A stretch of 64,000 nucleotides of DNA from Schmidtea polychroa (taxonomy: Eukaryota). Position 1 is the first letter of the stretch; the number at the start of each line of letters is the position of its first letter. The notes beneath the pieces were generated by a model. That model was not told the origin of the DNA, ran no database searches, and worked only from the letters and a program-made list of their open reading frames with translations. Where the stretch lies: positions 235,786,001 to 235,850,000 of the forward strand of contig CM097885.1 of assembly GCA_044892525.1 (NCBI GenBank), in the 5' to 3' direction. Below are positions 39,201-51,342 of this stretch, piece after piece. The position numbers were made by a program, and so were the translations under genes.

Positions 39201-39771
39201 TAAAATTTATTAAAAACTCACAATAATTATGTTAATTTCAAAAGAAGACAATAAAAAAGAAGGATTATTGTCCAATGAAATGAAACATAAATAGGTAAAC
39301 GGTGAAATTAAAGTATAGATCTGAAGAAATAAATTTTATTTTATAAAGATCCAAAGTTTTATATTTTACAAAAATATTAATGATTTTAAATTCTAGGTAA
39401 ATACCATTGAAACTATGTCTGTTGAAAAAAATAGTCATATAAATGTTGCTAATCAGCCTTTTGCAGAAATATCGAAAATTCAAGAATTATTATCTGGATG
39501 TTATCGCGAGCTTTCACAAAATGGGAAATACATGCAAATTAAACGGAGCCTTCATTTGTATTTATCTAATCCCGATACTGAATTAATTCTTTTAAAACCC
39601 ATAAAAGGAGGAATAATTAAAGCATATCGTTATTTTCAATTCTTTCTTACAAAATATTTCTCCGAAGAAGATTGTCAAATAATTGTCTGTCCGTCAGAAA
39701 AACAAGTAGTTTTCGTTATAATTATATTTTCATCATTTTCTATTCTTTGTGATAATTTAAAACGTTCATAA
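18276..39771 (+). CDS. COG3: Conserved oligomeric Golgi complex subunit 3 (15 exons traced; C-terminal end uncertain)
   Basis: Exons 18276-18377, 18422-18490, 18561-18625, 18676-18841, 21625-21699, 21744-21836, 24267-24392, 27132-27247, 28098-28319, 33651-33790, 33837-33997, 35136-35369, 35449-35659, 37506-37720, 39397-39705 (or read-through to stop 39771). All GT-AG and phase-compatible. Hallmark motifs [40 protein letters not shown] and [16 protein letters not shown]. Confidence 0.95.
18422..18490 (+). CDS. COG3: COG3 exon 2 (poorly conserved)
   Basis: Open phase 0-0 exon [23 protein letters not shown] between 44- and 70-nt introns. Confidence 0.55.
18561..18625 (+). CDS. COG3: COG3 exon 3
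   Basis: [22 protein letters not shown]; phases 0-2. Confidence 0.75.
18676..18841 (+). CDS. COG3: COG3 exon 4
   Basis: ...[23 protein letters not shown]. Confidence 0.92.
19190..19690 (-). mobile_element. Tigger/pogo transposase C-terminal remnant
   Basis: Across frameshifts: [21 protein letters not shown]...[32 protein letters not shown], typical of the Tigger C-terminus. Confidence 0.7.
19883..20308 (+). mobile_element. pogo-family element 5' end running into an assembly gap
   Basis: TA|CCGTATATACTTGCGTATAGGTCGA terminus and a decayed [12 protein letters not shown] fragment. Confidence 0.5.
20880..21525 (+). mobile_element. pogo/Tigger 3' remnant
   Basis: [41 protein letters not shown], followed by a Tigger-like terminal segment. 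Confidence 0.6.
21625..21699 (+). CDS. COG3: COG3 exon 5
   Basis: [25 protein letters not shown] (75 nt). Confidence 0.85.
21744..21836 (+). CDS. COG3: COG3 exon 6
   Basis: [31 protein letters not shown]. Confidence 0.9.
23700..25350 (+). mobile_element. Two Tc1-like N-terminal remnants (~23700-24100 and ~25150-25350)
   Basis: Homologous AAGTTT(G/A)AAGAAACTGGCA...GTGATCTT segments encoding [11 protein letters not shown] and [16 protein letters not shown]. Confidence 0.4.
24267..24392 (+). CDS. COG3: COG3 exon 7
   Basis: [42 protein letters not shown] (42 codons). Confidence 0.85.
25358..25600. mobile_element. MITE with ~45-bp TIRs
   Basis: ATATATGAGCCGTTTATTTTGA...CCTAAGTTCATTTAT mirrored at the right end; TA context. 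Confidence 0.75.
26628..26985. mobile_element. piggyBac MITE (358 bp)
   Basis: TTAA TSD on both sides; TIR CCCTTTCCTGGCTGA / CCCTTTCATGGCTAA. Confidence 0.87.
27132..27247 (+). CDS. COG3: COG3 exon 8
   Basis: [39 protein letters not shown]. Confidence 0.92.
27532..27621. repeat. (TA)n microsatellite
   Basis: Pure TA run flanking the foldback MITE. Confidence 0.99.
27622..27981 (-). mobile_element. Foldback (Phantom-like MULE) MITE retaining a FLYWCH-coding fragment
   Basis: TIRs built of tandem GTCACTTAATCCCC(GA) units. The 150-nt core translates (minus) [53 protein letters not shown]. Confidence 0.8.
28098..28319 (+). CDS. COG3: COG3 exon 9
   Basis: [11 protein letters not shown]...[29 protein letters not shown]; ends in phase 2. 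Confidence 0.93.
28991..29107. repeat. Short inverted-repeat element (21-bp arms)
   Basis: AATTAACCTACTTTCCGTGAT vs AATTAACCCACTTTCCGTGAT (reverse complement), 20/21. Confidence 0.6.
29181..29870. repeat. 345-bp tandem duplication
   Basis: 29181-29525 and 29526-29870 look identical by eye. Confidence 0.95.
30202..30260. repeat. (TTA)n microsatellite
   Basis: Pure trinucleotide run. Confidence 0.99.
30715..30943. mobile_element. Small MITE nested in the piggyBac 5' region
   Basis: TIR ACTAGATTTAC(T/G)GAA; internal CCGTCAAATTGACGG palindrome. Confidence 0.6.
31062..32794 (+). pseudogene. PGBD3-like piggyBac transposase, disrupted
   Basis: [48 protein letters not shown] and a Cys-rich tail CKVC...CRKC...H..C. 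Frameshift near 31450-31520, stops at 32249 and ~32396, another frameshift near 32630. Confidence 0.92.
33651..33790 (+). CDS. COG3: COG3 exon 10
   Basis: [34 protein letters not shown]. Confidence 0.95.
33837..33997 (+). CDS. COG3: COG3 exon 11
   Basis: [40 protein letters not shown]. Confidence 0.96.
34145..34585. repeat. 67-bp minisatellite, ~6.5 units
   Basis: Units start AATATCGATTT at 34145, 34212, 34279, 34346, 34441, 34508 and 34575. One unit carries an extra 28-bp subunit. Confidence 0.95.
35136..35369 (+). CDS. COG3: COG3 exon 12
   Basis: ...[30 protein letters not shown]. Confidence 0.96.
35449..35659 (+). CDS. COG3: COG3 exon 13
   Basis: [16 protein letters not shown]...[32 protein letters not shown]. 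Confidence 0.96.
36310..36650 (+). mobile_element. mariner N-terminal remnant
   Basis: [14 protein letters not shown]...[29 protein letters not shown]. Confidence 0.65.
37012..37132. repeat. Hairpin repeat, centre-deleted relative of 8202-8386
   Basis: 43-bp arms TTGAAGACTATGAATCA...TGATATT with 2 mismatches, followed by the same AATGGAAAA..ATCAGTGGTGAAATTGGAA tail. Confidence 0.88.
37506..37720 (+). CDS. COG3: COG3 exon 14
   Basis: [40 protein letters not shown]. Confidence 0.95.
38150..38960 (-). mobile_element. pogo (POGK-like) DDE transposase remnant
   Basis: Decayed [40 protein letters not shown] motifs on the minus strand. Confidence 0.65.
39397..39705 (+). CDS. COG3: COG3 exon 15 (splices at 39705 or reads on to stop 39771)
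   Basis: QPFAEISKI...[21 protein letters not shown]...[16 protein letters not shown]. Confidence 0.93.
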
Positions 39772-42700
39772 TCAAAAATTTTATATATATATATATATAT
39801 AGAATTTAATATATTTATTTAATAAAAAGCTTGAAGACTATGAATCATTAAATATATCGATACATCGATGGATATTGATATATAGATGGATAAATAGATT
39901 TTCAATATTCCACAATCAATCAATACAACATAGCTATAATTAATTTATTTTATTATAAGAACTTTTGTTTCCAATATAACTACTAATTTTTTCCCCATTC
40001 AATTTATTAAAAATTATTCTTTATAAATTTATGTTTCATTAATTGTGTAATAATAAATAGATTTTATAAAATTTATTCTATAAATATTCACTTTTATATT
40101 TCATATGTTATCTTCCAATGAAGAAAAGGTACTTATTTTCACTGATGCCACAAGCTCTACAAAACGTTTCTTGGATCTTGAAACATTCTGTTAATCTTAA
40201 AACAGGATTTGATTCGAATTTAATTTTTGTATTTTTCTATTTTAATACGAAAAATTGAATAACACAGAGATATTGGACTCATTGGCATTTTTTTATTACT
40301 AACACAATTTGGTAGAAATAGGCAACTATATACAAAAATGAAATAAATTAACGCATGTAATTTACTCCCTATCTAAATATAAAAAACTTTAAAATAACTT
40401 GTCGGTCATGGAATTATTTATAAATGCATATTTCAAATAAATATGCAATCATAGTATCAGTGTTTATTAATTGAAAGTTTTTCGACCTCCAGTAGGTTTT
40501 ATTCACTCCAATACGAAAAGTATTTTAATTTGTTTAAATTATATTTTTTGGAATCATATCATCGAACACAATAAGAAAAGTAGAATAAAGATTCAATTAG
40601 AGAGGACAGAGATAAATGTCAATTAATTTTCGTGTTATATAAATACTTAAAAAATAATTTATTTATTATAATTGTTATTTTCTTATTATTGTTTAGAACA
40701 TCTACCTTTGGAATATTTAAGCTTTTGAGCAAATAAACTTTTATCGACTTAACATATTGCTTCTAAAAACTCATTACAATAATAAATTTTCACTTAAACC
40801 GAAAAGTGTTCTTGTGGTCGGAATATGGGATTAAATTGACCAATAAAAAATAAAAACATTTGAATTCAATTTTAATTATTATAAAAAAATTATCTTTATA
40901 TTAAGTGCAAAGCGAATACATTCACTTCTATACTTATTTATTTTTAATTTTAGAATGCTTAATCAATTTCATGTTTATGGGACGATATTATATATATAAA
41001 AATTTCCCTATCCGCAATTCATTACCTAAATAATCAAATATTCAATAACTTATAACTTTTATTGATAGCATGATATTTTAATTCAAATGGTATTATCGAA
41101 TGATCTATAATTTATTCAATTTAATCAAACATTTCATTTAAAACTATTATACTATGCTAAATATTAAAAATTAATGTATCATATTTATCTTTTGGTTTCG
41201 CCTTTGATCTTTTTTAAATTTAATACTTTTCTTATTAATACGTGTAAGACAATTTATATTAATATTTATTTATATTTCCGATTTATAGTCTTATAAATAT
41301 TAATATGGAAATTATTGAATTAAAAATTAATGTAATTAAATAAACTATTAAATAGCAATGGAAATTTTTATATAAATAAAAGAATACCATTTTCATAAGT
41401 ATATTTCGAAAACTTTGCCGTTAATATCAGGTACTAAACAACTTCAATAAAAACGATTATGTTTATAAGCTTATTAGTAATTATACAATTATATTATATA
41501 AAATTAATTAAACACTAAGTACAGCTTAGAACAGGAAAAACTATGAAAACACCTCATTTCAACTTGAATGCCTTATTATACTAAATAATTTTACTGTTTC
41601 CACTTAATTGGACATACCTCCAAACTTATGTACAGAAATTATGGGAAATGATTGTGGTATTACACCTATTACAAATAGGGATGTACCGGTTTTCCACTCC
41701 AGCTCCGGGAAATTTTTGCCGGTTTCGCCGGGTTTTTTTTAGAAAATTGAAATACAAAAATGATTTCTGCAAGTATTTTGTATTCCTGATATTGTATCCC
41801 ACACAATTTTGCATAACCACATTTCCAGCATTTTGTACAACACTATAATGACCAAATAACATTTTACTGTCTAAGTATCCGATTCTTTGTTTGAAGAAAT
41901 TGATGCTAGTAATGAGAATAATTGTGCAGAATAATTGTAATCACAACTTCCAGACTGATACCACTTATCAATTCAATCCAAGACGCAAACCTGGATCTTG
42001 TACTCCTGAAATAAGAGACAATAAGTCCGTCCAAATCTAATATTTAATTTCGGAGTGAAAGAGTTAACTCTTGCAAAATTGTTCTTTAATTATGTAAATT
42101 TTCTTCGCTACAAAATAGTTATAACAGCAGTAATTTTTTATACCATGATATTTGATTGCCTTGTTTCGGTTGAAGTCGCGTTTTTCTGGATCCATTTAAC
42201 ATCGTTTATCGCGGTGTGATTGTAATTAACTATTTTTGAGTCAGGTTTGGTTTGTGAATCACATTTGGTATCCATTATAAATTCGCAAAAGTCGCTATTT
42301 TGTTATTGCTGAACTCTGGAAAATCTTAGAAATTTGTTTTAATGTATTAATTATTGTTTGACGCCTTTCAGGTATCATTGCAATTGGAAATTAATTTTGA
42401 AGGGTTCTGATTTCACGCGATATTCGTTCGAAGTTTATATTGAATTATAATTTTCTTTTGTTTTGAAATAAAATATTGTTTGGAAATTTCTTGTTATATT
42501 ATTTCTTGTTATATTAAGTTTTATGTGAAAAATCATATGAAAAATTATTAAGATTTTTATAACATGTTAGATGTTAAAGGTTTATTATGGTGGTGTCAGC
42601 CAAATAGTAATATTTTCTAAAATGCAATCCTTTAATATGATATGTTCATTTGCTCCATTAACCCATTTGTTACATAGTTAAATACCCAAATGGGATTAGT

Positions 42701-45361
42701 ATATTTTACAGTTCGTATTTTGAATGTTGGCATCACTGGACACTTGCAGTTGGTAGATACTAGCAACATAACATAACTTATCAGTTTCCAGTCACAGTTG
42801 CAATTTTGTTTTGTTAAAATTGCACATACTATATTTTGGAATAAATATTAATTTTGAAAATCTATGAGGCAATGGATTAAGGCCATGTTACTAATATTAT
42901 CAATATAGAAGCTGTTGTATTCTAGATAAACTTAAAAAATTTTTAAATACTGCACTTTTGAGGATCAACACATTTGTAGTTAATTAAATTGCTTTAGCAA
43001 TAAAAGTACAACCAGTGAATTCGTTTGATATTATTCATCACTAGCTGCCACCATCTACTGCCTTAGCTACTGTGTTCTATATGATAAACTATTTAAAAGT
43101 TTGAAGAGATCATGGGAAAGGTTTTCTCGGGTTAAGAATGGTTTCCAATAGTCGAATATGAATAATAAAGTTGAGTTTTTTAATTATAAATCCTCAATAA
43201 ATGATTGACATAGCGTGACGTATCTTAATTACTGCAACGTGCTGCAGAATGACTTCTTTAATTTATTATTTCCCATATTTGAGAGAAATATTACCTGTTC
43301 ATTTTTTAAAAATCCATAGTTTCAACGGCAAACCTTGAATAAAATTGAAAATTGATAAATTAATGTTTAGATTGTTGATAAATTACTAACTTTTAATTCT
43401 TATAAATTCTAATATTACATTGACTGTATTTTTTTCACAATATATTTGTAATTTTGAGTTGCTTAAAAGTAACCATGAGAAGTAATGAGTTAAATAGATA
43501 GTGGGTATTAAAGTTCAAATAAGTCATTTATTTATTTTGTAAGCAATAAAGGATTTGGAATTTGTTTGATAAACTTGAAAAAGTCATACACCAATCTGGA
43601 ACCCTGATGTCATGCGACTTAATGTGTTAATTAGGCGATCCAAATTTACAGAGTTAATTTAATACTAAAAAAAGATATCGCTTATTGAAATATTGCTTGT
43701 CACTTTATAATGTGTTGGGTTATTGAGTTGGTGATAAATTTAAATGTTACTCTGACTCCAAGCATGTCTTTGACCGATTCACAAATAACACTTGACAACA
43801 GAAATCTTCCTTAATAATCACAAATAAACTTTCTCTACACTGACAATCAATTCAACACTCTGCTTTGTGACTATACAATGCTTATTACAACACTCGGTGA
43901 GGAATAGCACTTGCGTATAACACATGATTAAAAGATCACAAATTACTGATTGGTTTATCAACTGGGACTTTGAGCTGGTTGTTTTCTTTGACCTTCTTCA
44001 CAAATTTATTCAAATACTCAAGTAACTTCTTTTCATTTAATTTTCAACTAATTCTTTTCTCAAATCTTCTCCAATAATTATTCTTCACAATTATTTTCTT
44101 TACAATTCTTTTTCACAAATCGTTTCTCCAATAATTTTTTGTCCAACGTTGTCTAATTTTTCCAATAATTTTCTCCCAAGTTTGTCTCCCAAATTATCTC
44201 TCAAATTGTCTCTCAAATCGTCTGAATTTGTGTCCACCAGTTTCCCTTTATATAGTTATTTTATTTGTGGCACTGGCTACAGATTCTCTTTTCACATTTT
44301 CTTCTGTGTTCCAAGCTATGTCAGCCTTATCTTTCTGACAGATGTCGAGATATTTTTTCCTTTTCCTTTTTTTGTTAAGTCGCCTTCTCTTGGCAATTCC
44401 GCTATCTTTGATAAGCTGTCAAGATACAGCTTTTTCCCATATTTTGTTTTTCTGGAATTTAAAATTCCACCTTCATTTGTACTTCTTAATTAACAATGAC
44501 CTTTATTTTAATTTCTTGTTTGTTTTCTTTGATTTATCTTTCTTATTTTTAATTTCTTTTTACTTCCGTTTTCTTTTCTGATTTCCCATAGATCGTCCCG
44601 TTTGTCATGGCGATCTTCCCCAGGTAATTTATTTATTTATTATGTTATTTTTCATTTAGGTATCTACAAAAAATGTAAAGCCAATTTCACCTTTTCCGCA
44701 AACATTCTAAATCTTACAATACTTGCACCAAATCCTCGAAAGACATCGTCTAATGTTGATTTGATTGATTCAAAGATATTTGCAGTGGCAATATTAGCAT
44801 GAATAACATCAAATTCAAACATTTCTTCATTCATTAAAGATATTTTTCTTTGGCTGTTTTCAAATTCATTTGCCAAAGATTCTGGTTTAATTTTAAGCAA
44901 AAATTCGAACCAAACCATACGTTACACTTTAACTTAAACTTGATTCACTAACATTACTCAAATATCGTCAAATTTGTTAATAATTAATAAAATTAAGATT
45001 TAATTTAATGATTTAAGCATTAGGAACTGTTTTAAAAATGACCAAATGAATTTTCATTTACTTTCTTTTTTGAATTTTATCTTATGTATTGATTATATTA
45101 ATTTATGTTTTTAAATTATAAACGAAAACGATTTTTAGACACCTTCAGTTAGTTAGATTATTGACATTTAACAATACGGTTGACATGTAGAGCCATTTAT
45201 ACAAATACGGAATCTAAACTCGCTCATACAACCTCTGTATTAATACAATAATACAAAATTGTGTCAGTCGTTTTCGAAATTGAAATAAAAATTATAAAAA
45301 TTGCAAAATATTATTATTAATCAAATTCCCTTTTCCTAAATGTATTATTGAAAATATTATC

Positions 45362-45363
<2 letters not shown>

Positions 45364-45422
<59 letters not shown>
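45364..45422. repeat. (TA)n microsatellite
   Basis: Pure TA run. Confidence 0.99.
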
Positions 45423-45425
<3 letters not shown>

Positions 45426-48400
45426 TACATAACTCCCATTCTACTATGCCATGTAGCAATACTTTAGCTAAATATAGTGTGCATTTTATTATTTTTTTTA
45501 TTATTGCATATATACATTATGCCATATACATTATCTAGTTAAGTTTATGCTTTAACTGTAACACATACATTGTTATCAGGAACATGTTTTGATAATGATA
45601 TTTTTAATTTTTATATACAGCTTTCCTAACATATGAGTATTATTTCAAGGGCTTCACGACGTTTAAAACGTTAAAAAACGTTAATATTGATATACGAGTT
45701 AAATTGTATTTGATGTAGTCATTGTAAGGAATAAGTTACACGAGGCTTAACTTAATTAATTAACTAATTTAAATATTTTATATTAATTAATTTAGAATTT
45801 AATAAGTATGGAATGTAAATTATGAGGAAGTTGAAAGATTCTTAAAGTTTTAATTAGAAATTTTGTTAAATTTAAAAAATATTTTTATTGAAAAATATTT
45901 TAAAAGAAAGATTGAAATTTGTTAAAATAACAAACAAAAGGAAAGACAAGTTTTGATTTTATAATTTATTAAATAAAATATATGGAATTATCTAGTGATT
46001 TGCAAACAGATATTAATGTTTTAACGGATGAGAATCGTAATATAAATAATAATTATAAAGATTATATTAATAATTTAAATGTAAGTATAATTATAATATA
46101 AATATATAATTTAAATTAAGAGAATGATTCTAGAATGATATTTGTTTGCTCAAGATATTGTCGGCATCAAATAATAAATTTTTGGATATCGAATTTTTAC
46201 TGAATTTAAATGGATACAATTAATACTTGGTCCACACAGTCTATCAGTCATAAAAATTGAAAACATTTAAATATACTGTATAAACAGATCGATAGATAAA
46301 CAAAGTGATGCACATTTTATTGATTTGTTTTTGCGAATATATTTTCAGTGGGGTGACCTGAAGTTCAACATATTTGATTTATTAAGGATATGCTAATATA
46401 ATATTGACTTATATATAAACTCGTGATAAGATCTCAATTACTGATCCAATGATCCGATGAGTATATTACATGTATAATCTCACAACCACAATTATTAAGA
46501 CTAATTAAATGACTGTATTTATTAGTAATTAAATTAATTTAAGAATTGCGATTGTGCTAAATTAATCAAATTTGAATGATGATTAATTATATTGCACATT
46601 ATTATTGTAAAATATTTTTTCTTTTATTTTTATCACTGAAGACTCGTAATCTCTGGCTGGTTCGGTTTCCTAATAAAACCGATTTTCTTCTGATAGGAAA
46701 TTGAATTTAAAAAAAAATTTAACCTTGATAAACCTGGCAAAATACAATGCAAACTAAAACAAAAAATTATTATATATATATTTTTGATTAACAATTTGTA
46801 ATATTAACATTTATACATATCTACTAATTTTACCGGGTATTACAAGCGAGGAGATTCTAAAAATTCTTAGTTGTGTCTAACTGAATCGGTACTCTCTCTG
46901 ACTCCTCGCTTCTTTATTTGATTATTGAAATAAGACCCAACACAGAATACTTTATTAAACGTCAAATAATTTTGGGAGACCGCCTTTTATTAGATTTTGA
47001 ATATGATTTTATTTATTACAAAATAGGTTTGACAAGAGCTTAGGTGCTTTACTCTTTGATCTCTTTTGTTCAATGTTTCACTAATTTTTGTATTCTCCTT
47101 CAATCAAACTTAACTACCAATGTCGTTTCTTTTTATATTGGTTTTCCTCATGTAATTTTTGCAAATAAAAGATTAATTTAGCCATCGACCAAAATTCGTT
47201 CAAAACAAGTATGCAGATGATCTCTCGCCTTTCCTTAAAATCTCGATTCACTAATTCAAAACTAATCATTTTTATTGATTTTGGAGGTAGGCCTAATTTC
47301 CTTACTAACTTGTTTACCGCTCGGGTTTCCTACATGCTTCGAGTTTTTTGAAAGGTTCGGGTTCTCCATGTCTCAGTTTTCCTATATAGATAATAAATTA
47401 TTTATTTTTAATTAATTTCTATATTTTGAATATCTTTTTATGGGAATCCCCCATTGATTTTATATTATTATATCTGCATTCATCGCAAAATATTTACTAT
47501 TTCGCAATACCAATTTCCCCCGGTATACGTTGATTAAAAATTTTTCAAATTTTTAATTAGTTTTTTATTTTTTATAAGTTTTGACATTTTATCTATTTGG
47601 CCTTGTCATATCTTTGCACATCCAAATATCTTTTGTACTACTTTAGACGATAATTTATTTTCTTCCTATGACTTCAGTTACCCTTGACCTTAAGATACTA
47701 CATGACTTTTCTTTCTTTCTTTAGCTGCATGAAAACTGCTATTGACAACCATGTTAAGATTATATAACATGGTTGAGAATAAATTGTCAGGAGAGCTTCG
47801 TTATCAAAACTATCCCTCCTTACTCTAACTCGCGGGCTCTTGACTATTGATAGAATTTTTAACGTCTTTAAGTAGTAAAATTCTTGCTGTGCTATAATTG
47901 GTATTGTTGCTGGTAATGGAAGAGTCTTCTCCCAAATCACAGACTTTTTCAAAAACATGTCAGTGTGAGTTGATTTTTGTGTGACTATATTTTACAAAAA
48001 ATGATTAATAACAAAACTAATAATAATAACAATTTTTGATTAACAAAATATTTTATTACAATGAAAATAAATAAAATAAAATAACAAGGATAAGTTTTTT
48101 CTGTTGCAGTAATTTCATAAACATTCATTATTCATTATTATTCAGTGGAGATTTCTGATTTTTTATTTAATCTTTTTAATTTTGATCTCTATTATATGTT
48201 GTTAATTACTTACTATAACGTTTTGAACACACAAGTTTGATTATAAACTGTATTTTATTTTGAAAAATTATATCAAAAGGGGGTTTGGAATAAAAATGAT
48301 AACGTTACAATGTCACAATTTCTTTGTAAATGCTTGCAACCTGCAGCGTTTGTTAATTTTATTTAAATATGTTTTACTACTTCTTAAAAAATGTCTCACT

Positions 48401-48595
48401 TTACTTTGTTTTAATTAACATGTTATGATGAATTTTAAAACAACTTAGTACTGTTTTATGTATATGTTTTTCGATTCATTAAAACAATTTAAAAAAAATA
48501 TAATTCGTGTTGAAGAAATGAAAATGTTGATCTTAAATCAGGAAAGAAATAAAAATAAAAGTAATTAAAAGTAAAAATAGATAAATGATGTAGAG

Positions 48596-49005
48596 CAGTG
48601 CTCTTCAACCTTTCGCAGTCGTCGGAACCCTTCCAAAAACTTTCGCAGTCGTCGGAACCCTTCCAATAAAAATTTCCCCATGTATATGTGGGCATGTATA
48701 TATGTATTCAATTGGGGTTGTCGATGTGGTAAAAAAATCGAATTATTCTCAAATATTTTTGATAATTTATACTTTTCTTACATTTTTAGTAAATAAAAAA
48801 AATTTCAATGTCATTGTAGCATTTCATAAATTTTCAAGGCGTAAAATTTTACAACAGAAAATTTTCAATGTATAAAATATAAATTATTATATGTTTATTT
48901 ATATTGAAAACTTTTTTTATAAGAAATCATAAAATTTGTTCGCGGAACCCATAATTTTTAATACGGAACCCAAGGGTTCCGCGGAACCCAGGTTGAAGAA
49001 CACTG
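48596..49005. mobile_element. hAT (Charlie-type) MITE (410 bp)
   Basis: TIR CAGTG(C/T)TCTTCAACCT, 8-bp TSD ATGTAGAG (48588-48595, 49006-49013), subterminal GGAACCC repeats. Confidence 0.93.
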
Positions 49006-49759
49006 ATGTAGAGAATAGAGAATTTTAACAACATTAATTTTTAGTTTTTTTCCAAAAAAGTATTGATATACTCTCATCTAATAATACATTAAAACACTTA
49101 AATGGCCAATTTTTACATCGAATTATCAAAATGAATTAATTTTGTATATCATTTGTATGATTACATTCGAAAAATAAGTTTATTTTGTTTTCTAAAAATA
49201 GTTTAGCAGCGTATCCCTTATGAAAATCGGTTAATTAAGTGTTATTAATTTTGTAATTAGTTAAATAAATGAATTCATTTTACTTTAAAATTATTACCTC
49301 ATCTGTGAGTAATGTTCCATTAGTGGAACAAGTTCTACGGAAATCCTAATTTAAGAGAAATAATTATCCTTGGGCGCTCCAACATAGTGAAAAAAACATG
49401 CGGCGTGCATGAGGCCAAAATAGTTTAGGCGCCTACAATTTCAGGGATGAGGAAACATTTGGAAAAGATTATTATTCGTTAAGTTATTAGTATTAAAATA
49501 AATTACATTTTTTAAAATTTTTTACAGATTTATGACAAAAAGGTGTAAAGGATTTTGTTTTTGTTCCCTTCTTGAATTTTTATTGTTTTTGTAAGTTGTT
49601 TTGTAATTTCTGGTTTTTGTTGAATAAACTTATAATTAATATATTTCATTTATAATTACTGGTACGTTTCTAAAAAGTGATGTTTTATTATGAAGAGTAG
49701 ACACATCAAGTGATGTTCTATACATAGGAACCGGACACTATTGATGTGGCCCTTAAATT

Positions 49760-50427
49760 ATTTTACATATAACTTCGAATATAAGCCGCACTAAGGTTTT
49801 AACACTTTATAATTGGAAAAAAAATGAACCTCAAATTTAAGTCACGGGAGTATTTATGATAAGTATTTTAAATAGGATAAAGTAAAAATAAAAATGCTTT
49901 AATAAAAAGGTGTTTTAAAAAACGAACTTAATTTTTATAATAATATTTACATAATCTTTTCATTTAACCTTATATAATGTTCTTCAGACGCATCATCACT
50001 TTCGTCACCTTTACTTTCTGAGCTAGAATCCTCATCTTCACTGTCGCACTAGAGCACATCATCTTCGGTACCGTTTAAATCATTAGTTTTGCAACATTTT
50101 AAAAATGATTTTTTTAATTACTTCTTCCGGGACATCTTTCCACGACTGCAAAACCAGTGAGCTATAGTTGATGGCGATACTCGATATATTTTCACAGTTT
50201 GTGTTAAAGGGTGGTCTTCTCGAATTAACCAGGTTTCATAATAGATTCTCATTCTGTCTTTGAATGTTTTTTTTATTTCTAGCGGAAATTTAACCCTCTT
50301 TAACCCTCCGAAGAAAATAAGGAAACGGGTATATATTGTTTTTATCTCTTGAATTCGACTTTTTATAAATTACTTATTACTTCGAATATAAACCGCACCC
50401 TAATTTTGCATATTCGAATTAATACGG
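49760..50427 (-). mobile_element. pogo-family deletion derivative
   Basis: End ...ATTCGAATTAATACGG|TA; repeated CTTCGAATATAA(G/A)CCGCAC; minus-strand SWKDVPEEVIKKSFLKCCKTNDLNGTEDD. Confidence 0.6.
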
Positions 50428-51181
50428 TATATTTAATATATATTATTATTGACCTAGATGTTTTAATTTTGAAATAAATATCTGCATCATTTAAAAGTTT
50501 TGCTATTGTTATATTCGTGTATCATAATTTGCATTTTCTACTAAGTGATCTTGATATTATTTTTTAATGCATAATAATTGGCAATGGAAACTATTGAAGA
50601 AGTTCTCAAAATTAATTAATTTTAAAACTTTTTATGATATTTTAAATTTTTACATCTCCACACTTAACAAAAGACACTTTTCATCTCACTCAAGATTTTC
50701 ACTATATCCTAAATAACATTTTATTTGCCCTTCATTTTCAACCTTTCGCAACCTTCACACTCATCAGATTCTCATTATTTTGACTTCAATGAGTTACAAA
50801 AGAATTGGAAGATATTGGAAGATTTCTTGCGACAGATAGACAGGCACGTGTATTTTCTGTTTTATAATATGGATTACTAAATAATTTTTAATATTTAGTT
50901 TTTAGTACGTTTGCATTTACTCAAAATAAGAATTTTAAAATTATAATGAAAGTAAAATAGTTATTTGATAATTTTACTATCAGTAAAACATCTTGACCCC
51001 AGGTCAAATTTTCTATTTCTAGGTTCATTTATTTTATTCTACTACTTGATTTAAAATTATTTCATCCATTTTTGATAATTTTAATATGAGCCATTTATCT
51101 TGAAAATGGGGCAAGTTCATTTTGGTATAGCAAACCTGATTAATAAATATTATAGGATAACGATTTTTCGGAGCAGCCTTT

Positions 51182-51182
<1 letters not shown>

Positions 51183-51215
<33 letters not shown>
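51183..51215. repeat. (AAT)n microsatellite abutting the long LTR
   Basis: Pure run ending directly at TGTTGG. Confidence 0.98.
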
Positions 51216-51217
<2 letters not shown>

Positions 51218-51342
51218 TTGGCATATGTGGGGAAAAAGAAATTTGTTGCATACCTCATCATCTCACATCTCACATACCCTGCATCATTACTCCGCTCAGA
51301 TACTCCCCATACATACACCAAATGATCATGTACATATTCCCA

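Noticed and set aside
41620-42920. Exon-like Cys-containing stretches on the minus strand (possible second gene)
   Set aside because: Every splice path I tried hit stops and no family was recognised.
44624-44659. Perfect-looking plus-strand 36-nt intron
   Set aside because: Shorter than any verified intron here, and joining the flanks gives no convincing ORF.
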